Shown one piece after another: positions 1 to 13,980 of a stretch of 64,000 nt of DNA. This stretch comes from Seison nebaliae (Eukaryota). Position 1 is the first letter of the stretch, and each line of letters opens with the position of its first letter. The position numbers and the translations under genes were made by a program. Location of the stretch: positions 1 through 64,000 of the forward strand of contig JALJEE010002436.1 in the NCBI GenBank assembly GCA_023231475.1. Reading direction: 5' to 3'. The notes under the pieces are model-generated. The model was not told where the DNA came from, did not search any database, and worked only from the letters and a program-made list of their open reading frames with translations.

Positions 1-1337
1 GTAGATAGAATGTACGTACAAATTCAGACGACCAATGTATAGGAATTTCGCGAAACACTTGTTTTTCAAATTCCAGACTTCAAAATTTTTGTACGTAAAA
101 AATACATTTTGTTCGTGTTCGTTTCCCCAGCACTAATTAAAAAAACATATACATTAAAAATTGATTATATTGATAACGAGAGATTAAATGAAATAAATAA
201 AAAATTAAAAAATTCCCCTTCCTTAATTATTTATAAATTTGATTATCTGATTAATTTATTAAGAATGAAGAGATTTTAATTAACCTATACTTCCGATTAT
301 ATATCTAAAACGTTTATTCAAATATTTGAATTTTAACATGAAATAAATAATTTCCTAGAAGTTTAGGTAGTTTAGTGAAAATTTGTCATGACACTTAACG
401 TACATAAACATATTTTCAGAAGAAAATTGAATTAGAAAAAAATTTGTTGATAAGGGAAGGAATTATTTATAAGATGATAAAGAACTAACTATAATATGAT
501 GAGGTGAATGATGAGTTTCCAAATATGTTGCGGTGATTCAATGAGTAAGTTGCAAAGGAATCGAAAAGATGAAGAACAAATAGAATTCTGAGTTCAAACG
601 AAAGGAGTTTGGGGAAAAAATAGAGCTGGACCTAAGGAGGATGAGAAGACTCTCAGAAGTACAATGTACAAATAGAAAATAATCTGCTGATATGTTGATT
701 CAAAGCATCAAAGGGAAAAATGCGAAGATCTTCGAATGATGTCCTCTAACCATGTGAAGGAAATGGTATATAATGTAAATTCATTTTTAACATTAGTGAA
801 TAATATATGAGAGAGTAACTAGAAATAATTTGAGAATAGTAAAACGTTCATGTGAAATGAGATTGGAATATTCTTCGTACAGGGAAACCGAAATTACATC
901 ATTTCTTTATCATTCCAATCTCTGACATTTCACACAACCGATACGTCATTCTTAATATCATGTATATTAATTGATTTGTGATTATTAATTATTAATAATG
1001 TTCATTTTAAAGGCGAAGCTAAATATTTTCATAAAATATTTATTTTTTTCTCAACAATTTCAATTTACTTCCCATCTTTTTCACCATCGCCATTTCTTAC
1101 TATTGACTGTCCACGATTATTTAAAATATATTGATATTTTCTTTCATTCTGCTTACATCTCTTTTAATGAATTTTGTTCGTCGATTATGAAGAATTTAAA
1201 GAAAATTTTTATTAGAATGTCCAACAGTTCTACGAATCAATCGTAGTGAAATTATTCAAGAAACAATTATTTCGAGTATTTGAAATCCAAGAGAAGGAAT
1301 TAGAAGAAAATTTTAATCTCATATTAAAGATAAGCGA

Positions 1338-3278
1338 ATGTCGAAAAACACAATGATTGAAGCGGATATGTTTGGTTTTGCTTTGATTGGATTAATCACC
1401 ACACCAATTATGAGTTTTTTTGCGTTAATTGTTTTATTGTCATGGTTCGGCATCTCTTTTGGCATTCGGAAGAAGTACGTGAAAATTCTATTGAGTATAT
1501 TCGAAGGCGCATCTGGTGTGAGTACGATAGGAAAGAATAATAGAAATTTGATGTCAAATCTGGTGAGAGAAAGCGAATCTCAATACGATTTGGAATATAC
1601 GAAACCAAAATCGTCAAAACTCGCCGATTCGACTGATAGTGGTCGATATTCGATGGGAGAGAAGACGAACAAACGTCATTCCACCAAGTCACCCAATGAG
1701 GGAGATGATAAACGGAAAGAAATTGTAAATGGAGAATCCGGTTCGAAATTTGAGAAATCTTCAAAAATTACACCCGTTTCTCTTTCAGGTTCCACTGATA
1801 ATTTGTGTCATGAAATTCAATTAACTCGTTTAGATGAGGGCAGTGATGGTAGTGAAAATGAAGAATTAGTTAAAAAGATCGATTTAGCTCATGCCATCGA
1901 TTTCTGTTGTGATGGAATTCAATCGATTGTTGACGATAATGTAACGAAACGATTTAATGCAGCAGGTCTCATTTTATTTTTCAAATATATTTTTTAAAAT
2001 TTTTTTTTAAAATTTTTCTTCATAGAATTGAGAACGTGGAATCTATTAACGAGAACGAACCATCAATACGAATATATTGGAATGGGAGTCAGTTTTCTTT
2101 GGTTCGTTGGATTCATTTTCAGATATTTAATTTTGTTACCATTCCGGTTCGTATTTTTTTTATTGTTACTTTTAATTTTCCAATTAAATTCCATAGAATG
2201 GTCATGTTTATCATCAGCGTTTCTTGGTTGATCATTACCACCACATTGATCGGTTATATTCCACACGGAAGGTTCACATTTTTAATTGAATGGAAATCGA
2301 TCGATGAATTTCTTCTTTGTTCAGATTAAAACAAAATTTCTTTTGGATCGTTAGTTTAACCATTCATCGATTGTTAGCTCGAGTCTTCACCGCTATCATC
2401 ACTCATCATAACAAGTTGGAATTGATGGATATTATTATTTAAATAGATCAATGAAATTATCATTCGTAGAGAGAATCGGGCAAAATCTGATGGAATTTGT
2501 GTGGCTAATCACACGTCACCAATCGATGTCATTATTTTGTCAACTGAAAATTGTTACGCTCTTGTCGGACAAGTTATTTGAATTATAAATTGGATATAAA
2601 TAAATGAAATTCTCATAGAAACATGGTGGTAGTTTAGGCATGTTACAACGAGCCATGTCTCGAGCGACGAATAATATTTGGTTCGAGAGATTGGAAGCAG
2701 CTGATCGACAAGCTGTAGCCAACAAATTGAGAGAACATGTGACGGGAGAGAATAATTTACCAATTCTAATCTTTCCTGAAGGAACATGTATCAATAATAC
2801 GACAGTGATGATGTTTAAGAAAGGTAGTTTCGAAATCGGTTGTACCATCTATCCCGCCACTATTAAATACGATCCGAGATTCGGTGATCCATTTTGGAAT
2901 AGTTCGAAACAATCTATGTTACAACATATTTTCGCCATGATGACCAGTTGGGCGATCGTTGTTGATGTTTATTATTTACCGCCAATGCAACGATTGTCTA
3001 CCGAGTCAGCAATCACATTTGCTAATCGAGTGAAAGAAGCGATAGCTAAAGAAGGTGGTTTCTGTTCGATTCCATGGTTTGTTTTTTTCTTTCATTCTAA
3101 TGATGATGATGATGATGATAGGGACGGAATGGTGAAACGTGTTCGTCCGAAAGAAACGTTAAAGAAAAAGATCCAAGACGATTTTTATGCTTCGTTACGT
3201 CGTCGATTAATTCCAAATGGAATTGATGATGATGATGAGGATGATGAATGTGAAAAGAGGAAAGGATCATCCATCTAA
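1338..3278 (+). CDS. Glycerol-3-phosphate acyltransferase, GPAT3/GPAT4 (AGPAT9/AGPAT6) type, 7 exons
   Basis: Spliced translation gives WNLLTRTN, VANHTSPIDVIIL (HxxxxD motif I) and LPILIFPEGTCINNTTVMMFKKGSFE; 6 short introns keep frame. The start could be ATG 1338, 1353 or 1368. GPAT3 vs GPAT4 cannot be distinguished. Confidence 0.93.
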
Positions 3279-4065
3279 ACCGTTTTCGCGACAATTCACA
3301 TCTCTCAATATACATCTGGAGGATGATCGGGCTCTCATATCAAATTCCATCTTATCAACGTCTCTAACTTTCACAAATTCAAATTAATTCCAAAATAAAT
3401 GTTAATTCTATCAACTTTACTGTGTCATATTTCCATAAATCAATGGAGCAATCGTTTTCGTCGTCATCATTCTCTAACCATCATATTTTATCTCAACGAA
3501 CTTTATTTGCTAGTTTTCTTTCGTATTTCTCCTCTTGTTCCACGTCGGGGGGATAACTATTCGTTTAACAACACATTTTCTCTTTATTTAAACACACTCT
3601 TCAAAACCAACAACAAAATCTTTTATTTTTCGGTGAAATGATTTTAATTTTGAATAAGTCTTTTAATAATAATTTAATTAATTAATAAACGATCGAATGA
3701 TTATATCAATTTCATAATTCTATTAAATCATTATCTAAACTTGTTTAGGACACCAAACAACAAGATAATATTTATTTGAGAATATTTTTTTTCAAAACTT
3801 TTTTTATTATCGATTTTTGAGTATTATCATAAACAGTTGGATAATTGTCGATATCATACAATTTTTATTATCATAAATGAAATATGTCTCGAAATTGAAT
3901 ATGTTTGTATATAAAGAAAGATAGTTATAATCAAATGTTTATTGTTACAAAATATAAAATATTATACGGAAGTTCAATTGATTTGAACAATGTCGATGAA
4001 TTTATTGAAAATAATTAATAATAGATTACTTCTTCTGTAATTGAATTTGTCAATTAATTGTAAAT

Positions 4066-5525
4066 ATGATAAGCGAATTGATATTATTGTGGAGTTTGAC
4101 TCTACTCTCATGTATCCGAATAATACGATGTCGAATAGATTGCTATGATGACGTTAATCTGATTTATGATGGACAATCTTTAGATTTCGCTCGTTCATGC
4201 AAGAACAAACATACCATCAATCTCACATTAAATTCATTACCATCAACAAATATTTTAGATAATAGAAATTTGAAAAAACTCGAAACCTTACAACTGCATT
4301 TGGTTGACAGTATAACGGAAATTCCATTTTTTCTCTTTCGATGTCAACAACAAATTCAATTTATCGTGATAAGATCGAATAAGAAAATTGAACCAGTCGG
4401 TTTCTTCCCGAATGAAATGTACAAAATTTTAATTTTAGATTTGAGTGGAATTTTCGTAGACAATGCCGTTATTCGATATTCGATGTTCAAACGACTCATC
4501 AATTTAGAGCGATTGATTATTAGAGACACGTTTGATAGAAATGTGGTTATGCTCCCACCAAAACCAACATTCTGTTTGGATAAAACAAGAAGTGACCCGT
4601 TTACTTTTCGGCAATACATATTGCATATTTTAGTTGGAAATTATGAAAGTGGAGGTGCTGCACTTGGCAATTTTATTACTTGTATGCACTACCATGGAGT
4701 ATTTGAAGTACTCGATTATCCAATTATAAATAAGTATGATTGGAATTGGTGTAAAGGAGTATTGAGACAAGAATGCTTAGATGAGAAAAATGAAAATTAT
4801 ATCACAATCGTTCCACCACCAGAAAGAATTCGATTTAACACTCAACGTATAAAGACAAGTGTACCTCAACGGAAAACTGAAATCAATCCCGTATTATTAT
4901 CTGCGCTAAACTTTAGAATGATTCAAAATATTCCACATGATCTAGGTAAGAATTATAAATTATTCATTTTTCTTTTTTAAATTCGTTTAGCCATTTGTGA
5001 TGGTTCGGGATATGTACCACCAGATTACCAAGTACAAACCACCACCACTCCTACTTCCACTACTACAACAACCATAACTACAACAACTGTAACAACTACT
5101 ACTACAACAACAACTACTACAACTACGGTCAGTATAACAACCACTTCGGCTACTACGACCACCACTGTTTCAGTTTCAACGTTAGTTATAGTTTTATTAT
5201 ATTAAATCTTTCTACATCAACTTTTAGTACAACTTATACTGGTACTACGACAACTGAAATGACAACATCTACTTCGACCACTATAACGCGCCCTTCTACA
5301 CGTCCACCATTCACTCTACCGTTCAATTTCTTCGATAATATCAAGAAATTTACACCAAAACCATTAATTGTGGATATAAACGAATATACTATCGCCCCGT
5401 CTCCAGAACCGACAGCACATCATTTAACTGCTAAACGTCGACGAAGGTTAAGTTTACTGAAAACTTGGATTATGGATGACGACGATATAGAGAAGACTCT
5501 GAATGATTTTTATACGATAAAGTAA
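4066..5525 (+). CDS. Putative secreted protein with leucine-rich-repeat-like N-terminal part and Thr-rich mucin-like stalk, 3 exons
   Basis: Signal-peptide-like MISELILLWSLTLLSCIRIIRC; LxxLxL patterns (LKKLETLQL, LINLERLII); exons about 4066-4945, 4991-5180, 5228-5525 splice in frame into a poly-Thr tract. Confidence 0.65.
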
Positions 5526-5718
5526 AGTTTTTAGTTTTAAAATTTGAAATTTGAGATTTGTTTTAGAAATAAATTAAAATTATCGAAATTTCGAATGAGC
5601 TTTAAAGAAACTATAAATTATTAATGAAAAATTGGAAGACTTTCTTTAATTTTCTTTTCAAATTTTTAGTTTTGTATTTATTAAATAAATTTTATATTCA
5701 AATTCGAATTGAAGTGAG

Positions 5719-7089
5719 ATGAACGAACAAACGTTGAGTTTAATCGACGCTCTCCCATATGTGGACAAGAGTTATGAAGATGCAGGTACGAGAGAAACGG
5801 CCGTTCAGATGATAGAAGACGAAATGAAAAGATTCAAAAAATCGAAGCATTATCTCAAAGGATTAATGGAATCGTTTGATATTCATGAATATGAAACGGA
5901 TAATTTACAAGAACAAATTCGACGAATTGAAGAGAATCGACCAAATGAATTGTTAAATATGAAACGATATGAATTACCAACTCCTTCCAAAATGGATGAT
6001 GAGAAACAATGGAAGAAAGTGGTGGACAATTCATATGCTCAATTAGGACATCAATCTAATCGTATTTTCAATTTGGAAATGTTGATGCATTTCGGTCCAT
6101 ATCAATGGCGTGAATATTGTGATTCACTCGATCAATTGCTCAAGAATGAAACGAGAAGAATGAATGATATTAATGAGAATATACAGAAAGTGAATTATCA
6201 ACGGAAGAAAAATCAAGAAGAAGCTCACGAACAATTAGAGAAACATGAGATGGAATGGGTACAGATGATAACAAATAATTTCCGATTAGAGACACATCTC
6301 AATCAATTGAAAATTGAATTGGCAAATGAATTGAGGAGAAAGAATAAATGTGAAGAATTATTGAAAGAACAGGAATTGGCGAAGAAGAAGAAAGAAATGT
6401 TAGAAGAAATTGAGAGAAATGAAGCGATTGAAAAAAGGAAAAAAGAAGCAAAAAAAGTTGAACTGATTCAGGAAGAATTGAAAGAAGGTGAATCATCTTC
6501 AAAACGTAAGAGAGAAAATGACAATAATAATGAGATGAAAAAACAAAAGATGGACACTGCTGAAATAAATGAAAATCAACAAATTAAAATAGATGATGAA
6601 ATTAAAATTATTGAAAAGAAAATCGAAGAAAATGAAGACGTAGAGATTATAGAAGAAAAAAATGAAAAAGTTGAAATTATCGAAAAAAATAAAAACATCG
6701 AAATTATTCAAAAGAAAACGGGAAAAAATGAAGACATTGAAATTATCGAAAAGAAAATTGAAAATGATGATGAAGTTGAAATTATTGAAGAAAAAAATGA
6801 AGAAATTGAAAAAGTTGAAGAGAAAATAGAAAAGGATAAAAATGTTGAATTTATAAAAGAAAAAAATGAAAAAATGGAAAATAGTGAAAAGAAAATTGAA
6901 AAAGATGAAGATGTTTTGGAAAAAGAAGAAACATTGGAGAAAGCCATAGAAATAAGCGAAAATCGAACGGTTCAATTAACTGAATCAGAACATGACACAA
7001 AATTAATCGAATCAAAACAAAACGCAGATTTATCAAAAATTAATGAAACGAATGATGAAATGGAAAAGGAGTGTAATGAAAGAGTCTAA
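5719..7089 (+). CDS. BCAS2: Pre-mRNA splicing factor SPF27/BCAS2 (Prp19 complex) with long charged C-terminal extension
   Basis: LIDALPYVD, MKRYELPTP and NSYAQLGHQSNRIFNLEML match the BCAS2/Spf27 family; single 456-aa ORF. Confidence 0.92.
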   Translation: MNEQTLSLIDALPYVDKSYEDAGTRETAVQMIEDEMKRFKKSKHYLKGLMESFDIHEYETDNLQEQIRRIEENRPNELLNMKRYELPTPSKMDDEKQWKKVVDNSYAQLGHQSNRIFNLEMLMHFGPYQWREYCDSLDQLLKNETRRMNDINENIQKVNYQRKKNQEEAHEQLEKHEMEWVQMITNNFRLETHLNQLKIELANELRRKNKCEELLKEQELAKKKKEMLEEIERNEAIEKRKKEAKKVELIQEELKEGESSSKRKRENDNNNEMKKQKMDTAEINENQQIKIDDEIKIIEKKIEENEDVEIIEEKNEKVEIIEKNKNIEIIQKKTGKNEDIEIIEKKIENDDEVEIIEEKNEEIEKVEEKIEKDKNVEFIKEKNEKMENSEKKIEKDEDVLEKEETLEKAIEISENRTVQLTESEHDTKLIESKQNADLSKINETNDEMEKECNERV

Positions 7090-10000
7090 AGATGAAAGAA
7101 TGGTAGAAACCAATAAGCGAATTGTCGAAGGACTATCAACGGTCGAACAGAAAACTGAAGATGTTATCCCTTTAAATCGTATATCACTGATTAAGTGAAT
7201 TATTAATTAAATGATGTTTTATCAAAACTATAAATTGTTTCTTATTAAATTTGCTGTCAGAGATTTGTTAAGATACGAAAGAATAATATCTTTAAGTTAA
7301 TATTATAAACGATTTAAATGTTGGTTTGAGAAATCAATATATTTTACTGATCCTTGAGAGATCGAATAAAGTAAACTAACATTCATCTGTCTACTATCTG
7401 TTAGTGATGGTATTTGAAATGGAAAGATGGATTTGATTTTGTGAGATATGTTGACCTTTCTCAAATTCATCCATTTCAACTTAATTTATTAACAATGATA
7501 ACTGTTTTGATTAAAAATGAAATCGAATCAATTTGTTTTTGACGATTAAGAAATTTTTCGTTTTGATAATCATTTGAATAGGATCATTTTCTTTTTTTAA
7601 TGTTAAAATAACAAATTTTTCCCATTATCGACGTATTGGAAATTACAAGATTTTTAACGATCGCTTAATCGGCCAGTGTAGTAGGAAGAATAGAAATCGT
7701 ACGAAACGGTTTAGTCAAATGAAGAAATATAATTCGTTTTTTTTCACCCAAGAAAATTTAATTTAAATTTAAATTATTCGATTAGGGAAGCGGAATTTAT
7801 TCGTTTAATGAAAATTACCAATTAATTCTCATTTCCCGATAAAGTTTTCTTTTTGATGAATTTCGAACAAATCTTTCTTTTCCGTTGTAATTTTTTCCTG
7901 TTTGACAAACAAACATATTCATCAAACTTTTCGTAATGCATCGTACGTTGATGAGAACAGTATATTCGAAAATTGTCATTTCAACATCGACATCGTTCCG
8001 CATTTCAACGAAGAAAGAGAGACATAAAGAGAGAGAGAGAGAGATAAATAGAAGAGAAAGAGAAGAGAGTTTGTGCGAAGAAGGGCATAGGATTTATGGC
8101 ATAGATTTCGAATGAATGAAGGAAACTATGAATGGGAACAAAAGAAATCTCCCAATAAATAAGCGGACATGGTGTAATGTAAGATAGTCGGGACGATGCG
8201 TTTACAATCCGATCTGTACGATGGTTTTTGGGGTTGGGTGTAAATGGTACGAATGTGTGGGATGAATGGATGGATGGATTGATGTATGGATAATCGTAAT
8301 AAATGGATATTATGTGACAGTTATGTATATGTGGGACTAGATTTGTTGTTTATGTAAAAATTTCAATGAAATGTTGTTGAAGAGAAAAATAAATTGGTAG
8401 AAAATGGTGGGGCGTTAATCGTAAAATATTAGAGGTAATTTGTTAGGAAACAAAACTTTCTTGCCTTACCGTTAGACAATAAACACTTAATGAACAATGA
8501 TGCGTCTGAAATAAATATGAATTTCCTCTGATTTTCGTCCGCGTTAATAGACAATAAAAATATTGTGCAACAAACACAATTTGTTGGTTAATCTTCTTTA
8601 GTTGAACGGTCGTCCCAATTGAAAGTTGGAAAAAAGAATGTTTGAGTGGTGGGCAAATTCAGTTACATAACGTCGAATTTTTTTTGGAATTTAATCATTC
8701 CTTTCTTAAATATTCTGCCAATTACGAATCTATTTTCATTAGTTGGAATTGTTGGATAGAATTCTTCGTCTGTCAAGTCTTCTTGAAATGTTAAGTAGCT
8801 GCCACTAATTTCCATCTCTGTTGCCCCTCACAATTCCACTACTTCTTTCTTTTTATAGTTTCTTCATTCAAATACTTTCCTTACCTGTTATTAAACGTGT
8901 ATTTTCTTTTTTAATTGCTATTCTCATTTCTTTTCTTCATTTCACTTCTTAACTCTACATTCGAATTTCGAAATCCTTTTTTATCATTCCATTCAATTGG
9001 AGATTTCCAATGAGAATTTTAAATTAATCTCGTTACAGGAAACGATAATTACTGGTGTGAGAATAGTTGTCCCCGTAGCAGGATAAAACTCGGCTCATGT
9101 ATTGGTTAGTAGGAAATTGACTTCGACTAATTTTTCTTGCTTTCTCCAACTCTGATACTTCCTCATGCGATCCGTTAGAAGACAAACGAAATAGTTGGCA
9201 GGTAAAGGTAAGTTGGGAAAGAAAGAAGGGATTAATAGTCGTTTCTCCTAATCGAATAGGAAGCAAGTTTCGTGTAAAACTATCGTCGATTGAAATGTCA
9301 TTTGATAATGGAAATAATATGTTGCATATTAACCGAATTGATATTGATATGAGGAGGGAGAAGTATTTTTCGAAATCTTAATTGGTATATCAATCGGATT
9401 AATATGTTTCGTAATGAATTATTCGGTATTTGATGGAGAGCGAGAGATAATAATTCTAAATTGTCACCGACATCACCTTCGTTCATCTGCTCTTCTTTCA
9501 CATTTAATTAGTGGAAGAGAGAGAGTTAGTAGAAATTGTACTGTAGAATGCTTAATTCAAGAATAATATTATTCCCCAAAGATTTATTGAAGAACGATAA
9601 CAATATTCGCATGTCGACGAATGATATGAAGCAGCAGTAATCTCGTTGGAAATGAGCAAACTTTCATTCCGTCACCATTCTTCTAACAATCCACTTTTTC
9701 CCAGTTTTCTTTTTCGTATAATGTCACCATTGTTATGTTGTCACATGATTATTATTCTTTTTGGAATAATGTTCACAGATTAATCTCGTAATCTTCAAAT
9801 TGTTAACAATTGAATGAAGCAACGACATTCGAATCATCCCATCAATTTTCAAATAGTTCATTTTCTGATTTGATGATGTGATAAGAAATTTCAACATTAT
9901 CACCCATATAGTTTTTTTTAATGAAAGAAAAAAGTACAAACGTTCCCTATTAGAAGTGCGAAGTAACTTGGATTAATGAATAATTCGAATGACTAACTGA

Positions 10001-10411
10001 TTATTTTAGTGATGATACTTATCGGGGGAGATATTTAATGTTAACTGAGAATTGCATATGTAGTCATTTTGATGATGTAACCTTCACGAATTATTTTATG
10101 ATAATATTCATTTAATGATTCTATAATTGAAGCCAGAAAGTTTTTTTTCGTAAGAATTTCTTCTTTTCTACTATTATTCTCATTCTCTCACTTAACAGGT
10201 AGTCGTGTGTAAATATATTTTCGTTAAACAGTTCATCATAATCATCACCGTTACTTCTCATTCGATGATCATGAACATCATCGTTATATTTATGGGGGGC
10301 GAACACAACAATCGATAATTAAGTGAAAGACAATGAATAGAGAATTTATTGTGAGAATCGTATGAATCATAATGAAATCGATCTTAAATCATTCATTCAT
10401 TCTCGACTGAA

Positions 10412-10448
10412 TCATCCATCCATCCATCCATCCATCCATCCATCCATC
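10412..10448. repeat. (ATCC)n microsatellite
   Basis: About 9 tandem ATCC units read directly. Confidence 0.9.
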
Positions 10449-13400
10449 TATTCTTCGTCTCACCTTTGACATTTCTTCCTACTGTCTTAGGATTCTAACT
10501 GATTTATTATCATTCTCATGAAAGGAAAGCAATCGAACCAATATGACTGTTCGCTAAGCAACAATCGTTGGTGTCTTCTTCATAAATATATCTCCTCGTC
10601 TCTCACTCGAGAGAGGGACCTGTGAATTTACTGGTAGATACGTATAAAGAATCATCTGCGATGATTTCTTATATCACACTCAATTATGTTGATATTCACA
10701 TAATTCTTTTAATTGATATCTTTTCGTTTTTGATGAAATCGTATCTTGACTAAATTCATCAGCTTATTCACCAGTGAAGGTGATCGCTCACGATCACATG
10801 AGATAATAGTTTGAATTGAATATTCAGATTAGAAGATAGTTCGTTTCGATTCTCTCATTTCGAGCAGTCTCAAGCACCATAGACGGAAAAGGAACAAATA
10901 ATAAAGGCAAACATTTGTGGGAATTCTTTTTGTGTTTATTTGACAGGTGTAAATCGGACAAATGTTAAAACGTTTTTAATGCGATTTCCAATTCTCCAGT
11001 CTACTAATTCTCCACGGTTGAAATAGAGAAGAAAAGTCGAATTGACTTCAACAACTTCTGATTATAGAGAGATCAATTTGAGGGAGAATCAATCCCAATT
11101 TAAATTATTGTCAACAGATGAACGAGTGAGGGAATTACTCGTAAATCGTATTAAATGTAGCGCTAGACTCGCGAACGATGTCCTGGAAGGTATAGGAAGT
11201 AAGTATTAGGTGATGTTAGGTGACGATAATAACGGTATCAACCTTTATTGTTGTTCCTTGTGTAATAGGTAGAATTGAAACAATTATTTTGTTTGATGAA
11301 GAATTAGATGGAGAAGTTGCGAGTGAATTGAATGAATTTATTGATATTCCTCTAGACACATATCATTGACTTATTGCATTTTGTGAAAAGTTAATTGGAT
11401 TAATGTTGAACTGAACAGAGGAAATCAATCGAATAAATAGGAAGAATACAACAATTCACATCGAATTCATGCCAATTCGTACTTTTTTCTTATATACAAT
11501 TCAACTAATATTCGGTGTAGTCGATTTCATTATTCGTATATTGAATAATACTTCATTCTCTTGTTGTTATTGTTATTGTTGTTGTTGTTGTCGTCGTAGT
11601 ATTAGGAGAGATGTCGACGGGGTAAGGAAGATTGATTCGAACGAGGACATTGTCGTAAGAAAATTGTTTTATTTACTATTCAATTCATTAAAACGGAAGA
11701 GAATGATGAATATGAAGGAAAAATTGAAATGACAAATTGGAGGCAAATAAAGAATTATCAAACAAATTAATAATGTACAATGCTTCCTTTCTTCTGTCTA
11801 ATCGAATTATATTGATTCAATTGATGGAATAAGAGGTAGTCATTTGGTCAATGTCATTGCCAAAGAAAATTCTCTACAAATTATCTTACGTAACGTTATC
11901 GCTTGATGATATTGTGGATTGGCGGAATGCGTCGGATAATTCCATAACAAATAAATGGCACAATGTTTTCGGCGAAGCTACTCTCCCGCTAATCACATGC
12001 AATTATCTCCTTTATTAAGAGAAGATTTATGAATAGAAGAATAATTATTCCCATCCTTCTCCTCATTTTAACTGTTGGATGTTTCTCCAATTCTTATTTG
12101 TCCTATTTTGTTTACTCAATTTCATTCTCATTATTTTCCAGTTAAAAAAACCTTAAGGTGTATCTAATTTAGTCTTTGGCTATTTTTTTTCCTATCCTTC
12201 TCCATTTACCTTTTTGCCACCCACATTTTTTGTTTCTGTAACAAATACGTAAATAAGTGCGAATACTTTTCTCCGATTCCATTTAATCTAATAGACTAAT
12301 AATAATCTCTTCTTTTCTACTGAAATTCCATTGGAATGAATAAGAAATTCTTTAATTTCTTTATTACTCTTAATCTACCACTAGTTGCATGTATTCGACC
12401 ATTCAATAACATCCGAATTCAATTCAACTAACTCTCCAGCGAATTGAGCTGAATATTGAGAATATTTTCTTTCTTTTCATAAAAATAAACTTCATCATTT
12501 CTCCACCATCACAATAAGGAGAGAAAGAAAAGGTAATGAGGAGGAGGAGGAGGAGGAGAAGTGATTTCAGACGAAACCTGTCAGTTTAATGTATTAGGAA
12601 GCACTTAAATAGATTAGGAAGAATGCCACCTCATACACTAGTCGATCTTCATTACTTACATGTCTTCCACTCTCAAAGGTTCATCCAGCTCAACTTCTTC
12701 TTTCCAATTTTCCTTCTTACAAAATAATGTTGCGGTGACAGAAGAGTATAGTACGTATAAATGATATCATATGGTGGAAGATCCGATCGTTTTTTCGAAT
12801 TCATTTCCTCTAATTACAATAACAGTTCTACGTCGAATCAATAATTTCTAGTGGAAATTGTATCGTATCAATTCATCATCAGAAAAAGAAAAACAATTTC
12901 CCATATTTCTCTGGAGATGGTGACGATGACGTATTTTTCGTTTATTTAAAAATATCGGTTGAAAGACGATTGAAGATGTGACACAAGGCCAACCAAATTC
13001 TTTTCCACATAATGCCAAATTGGCATTTCCAATCATTCCATTGTCTGATGAGGATATGAGATGAAATAATGAGAATTCAAATTCTTCGATTTCCTATTAA
13101 TTCGAGAGTAATATTGGTAGAATACATATATTCCATAATATGTTCTTTCCATATCATATTATGGAATTGATGAAGACTGATGAATGTCTGAAATTAGCCA
13201 TATGTTACGAGCGCAATATATGGAGGGTGCAAGAGAGAAAGACAAATGATGGAAGAATATTATCAAAATATGAATTACTCACCTCCTTTTCAAAATGTAA
13301 GTTTGCCAAGAACAGTTGGAGGAAGTGAATGAGTACATAATAATATGTTTTACTACCATTCCTTCCGGTAAAATATGAAACACAATATTTATATGATTAT

Positions 13401-13980
13401 AATATCTTCTACAATTTCGCTGTATTTATTTAACCTATCTAATTTCTTCTTCGAGCTTGTTCGAGTTCAAATTTTAGTAGATCAGCTCACTTTAGTCGAC
13501 TTATGCATATTATGCAACAATACTACTAATTAATATGTGCAAACGAAGTTTCTCCTATTTCTTTTTCGAGTTGTTTTCTTCACTTCACCAATTGCAACTT
13601 TCATACTCCAACTTTTTACAACTTACGAAACTTTTACAATTATCATAATTAGCGAAATGTTTCCTATTATGTGATTTTTTAGACTGCTGTTTATATTTCA
13701 CTCACCAATGTGAAGTTCAGAAAGTGAAGTACATTCGAATCATTTTCATGGTCTGAATGAACACGGCGGAATTCCATTATTATAATTCATATGTTTTTTT
13801 GGTTGATGATTTAATTTTCAATATTCTTCTATTCCTTCTCCCCCTCAACAAGACAGACAACAAGAATGAGAATTTCTTTATAAATGATTCTTTATTTATT
13901 CACTAGTGGCAAATAACGAATTATTCGAATTCACCCAATTCTTTTCACCATATCCACCAATTAAGGTGGACACATAACTT

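Noticed and set aside
540..740. Purine-rich, coding-looking patch
   Set aside because: Stops in the frames I read and no recognisable homology; at most an eroded relic.
6299..7036. Phe/Ile-rich minus-strand ORFs resembling membrane proteins
   Set aside because: They are antisense shadows of the E/K-rich SPF27 tail.
9033..9501. Short minus-strand ORFs in the 7-14 kb region
   Set aside because: No recognisable motifs and no consistent splice chain linking them.
10324..10345. miR-71-like seed (TGAAAGACA); also a miR-96/263-like seed near 33650
   Set aside because: No complementary arm forming a pre-miRNA hairpin.
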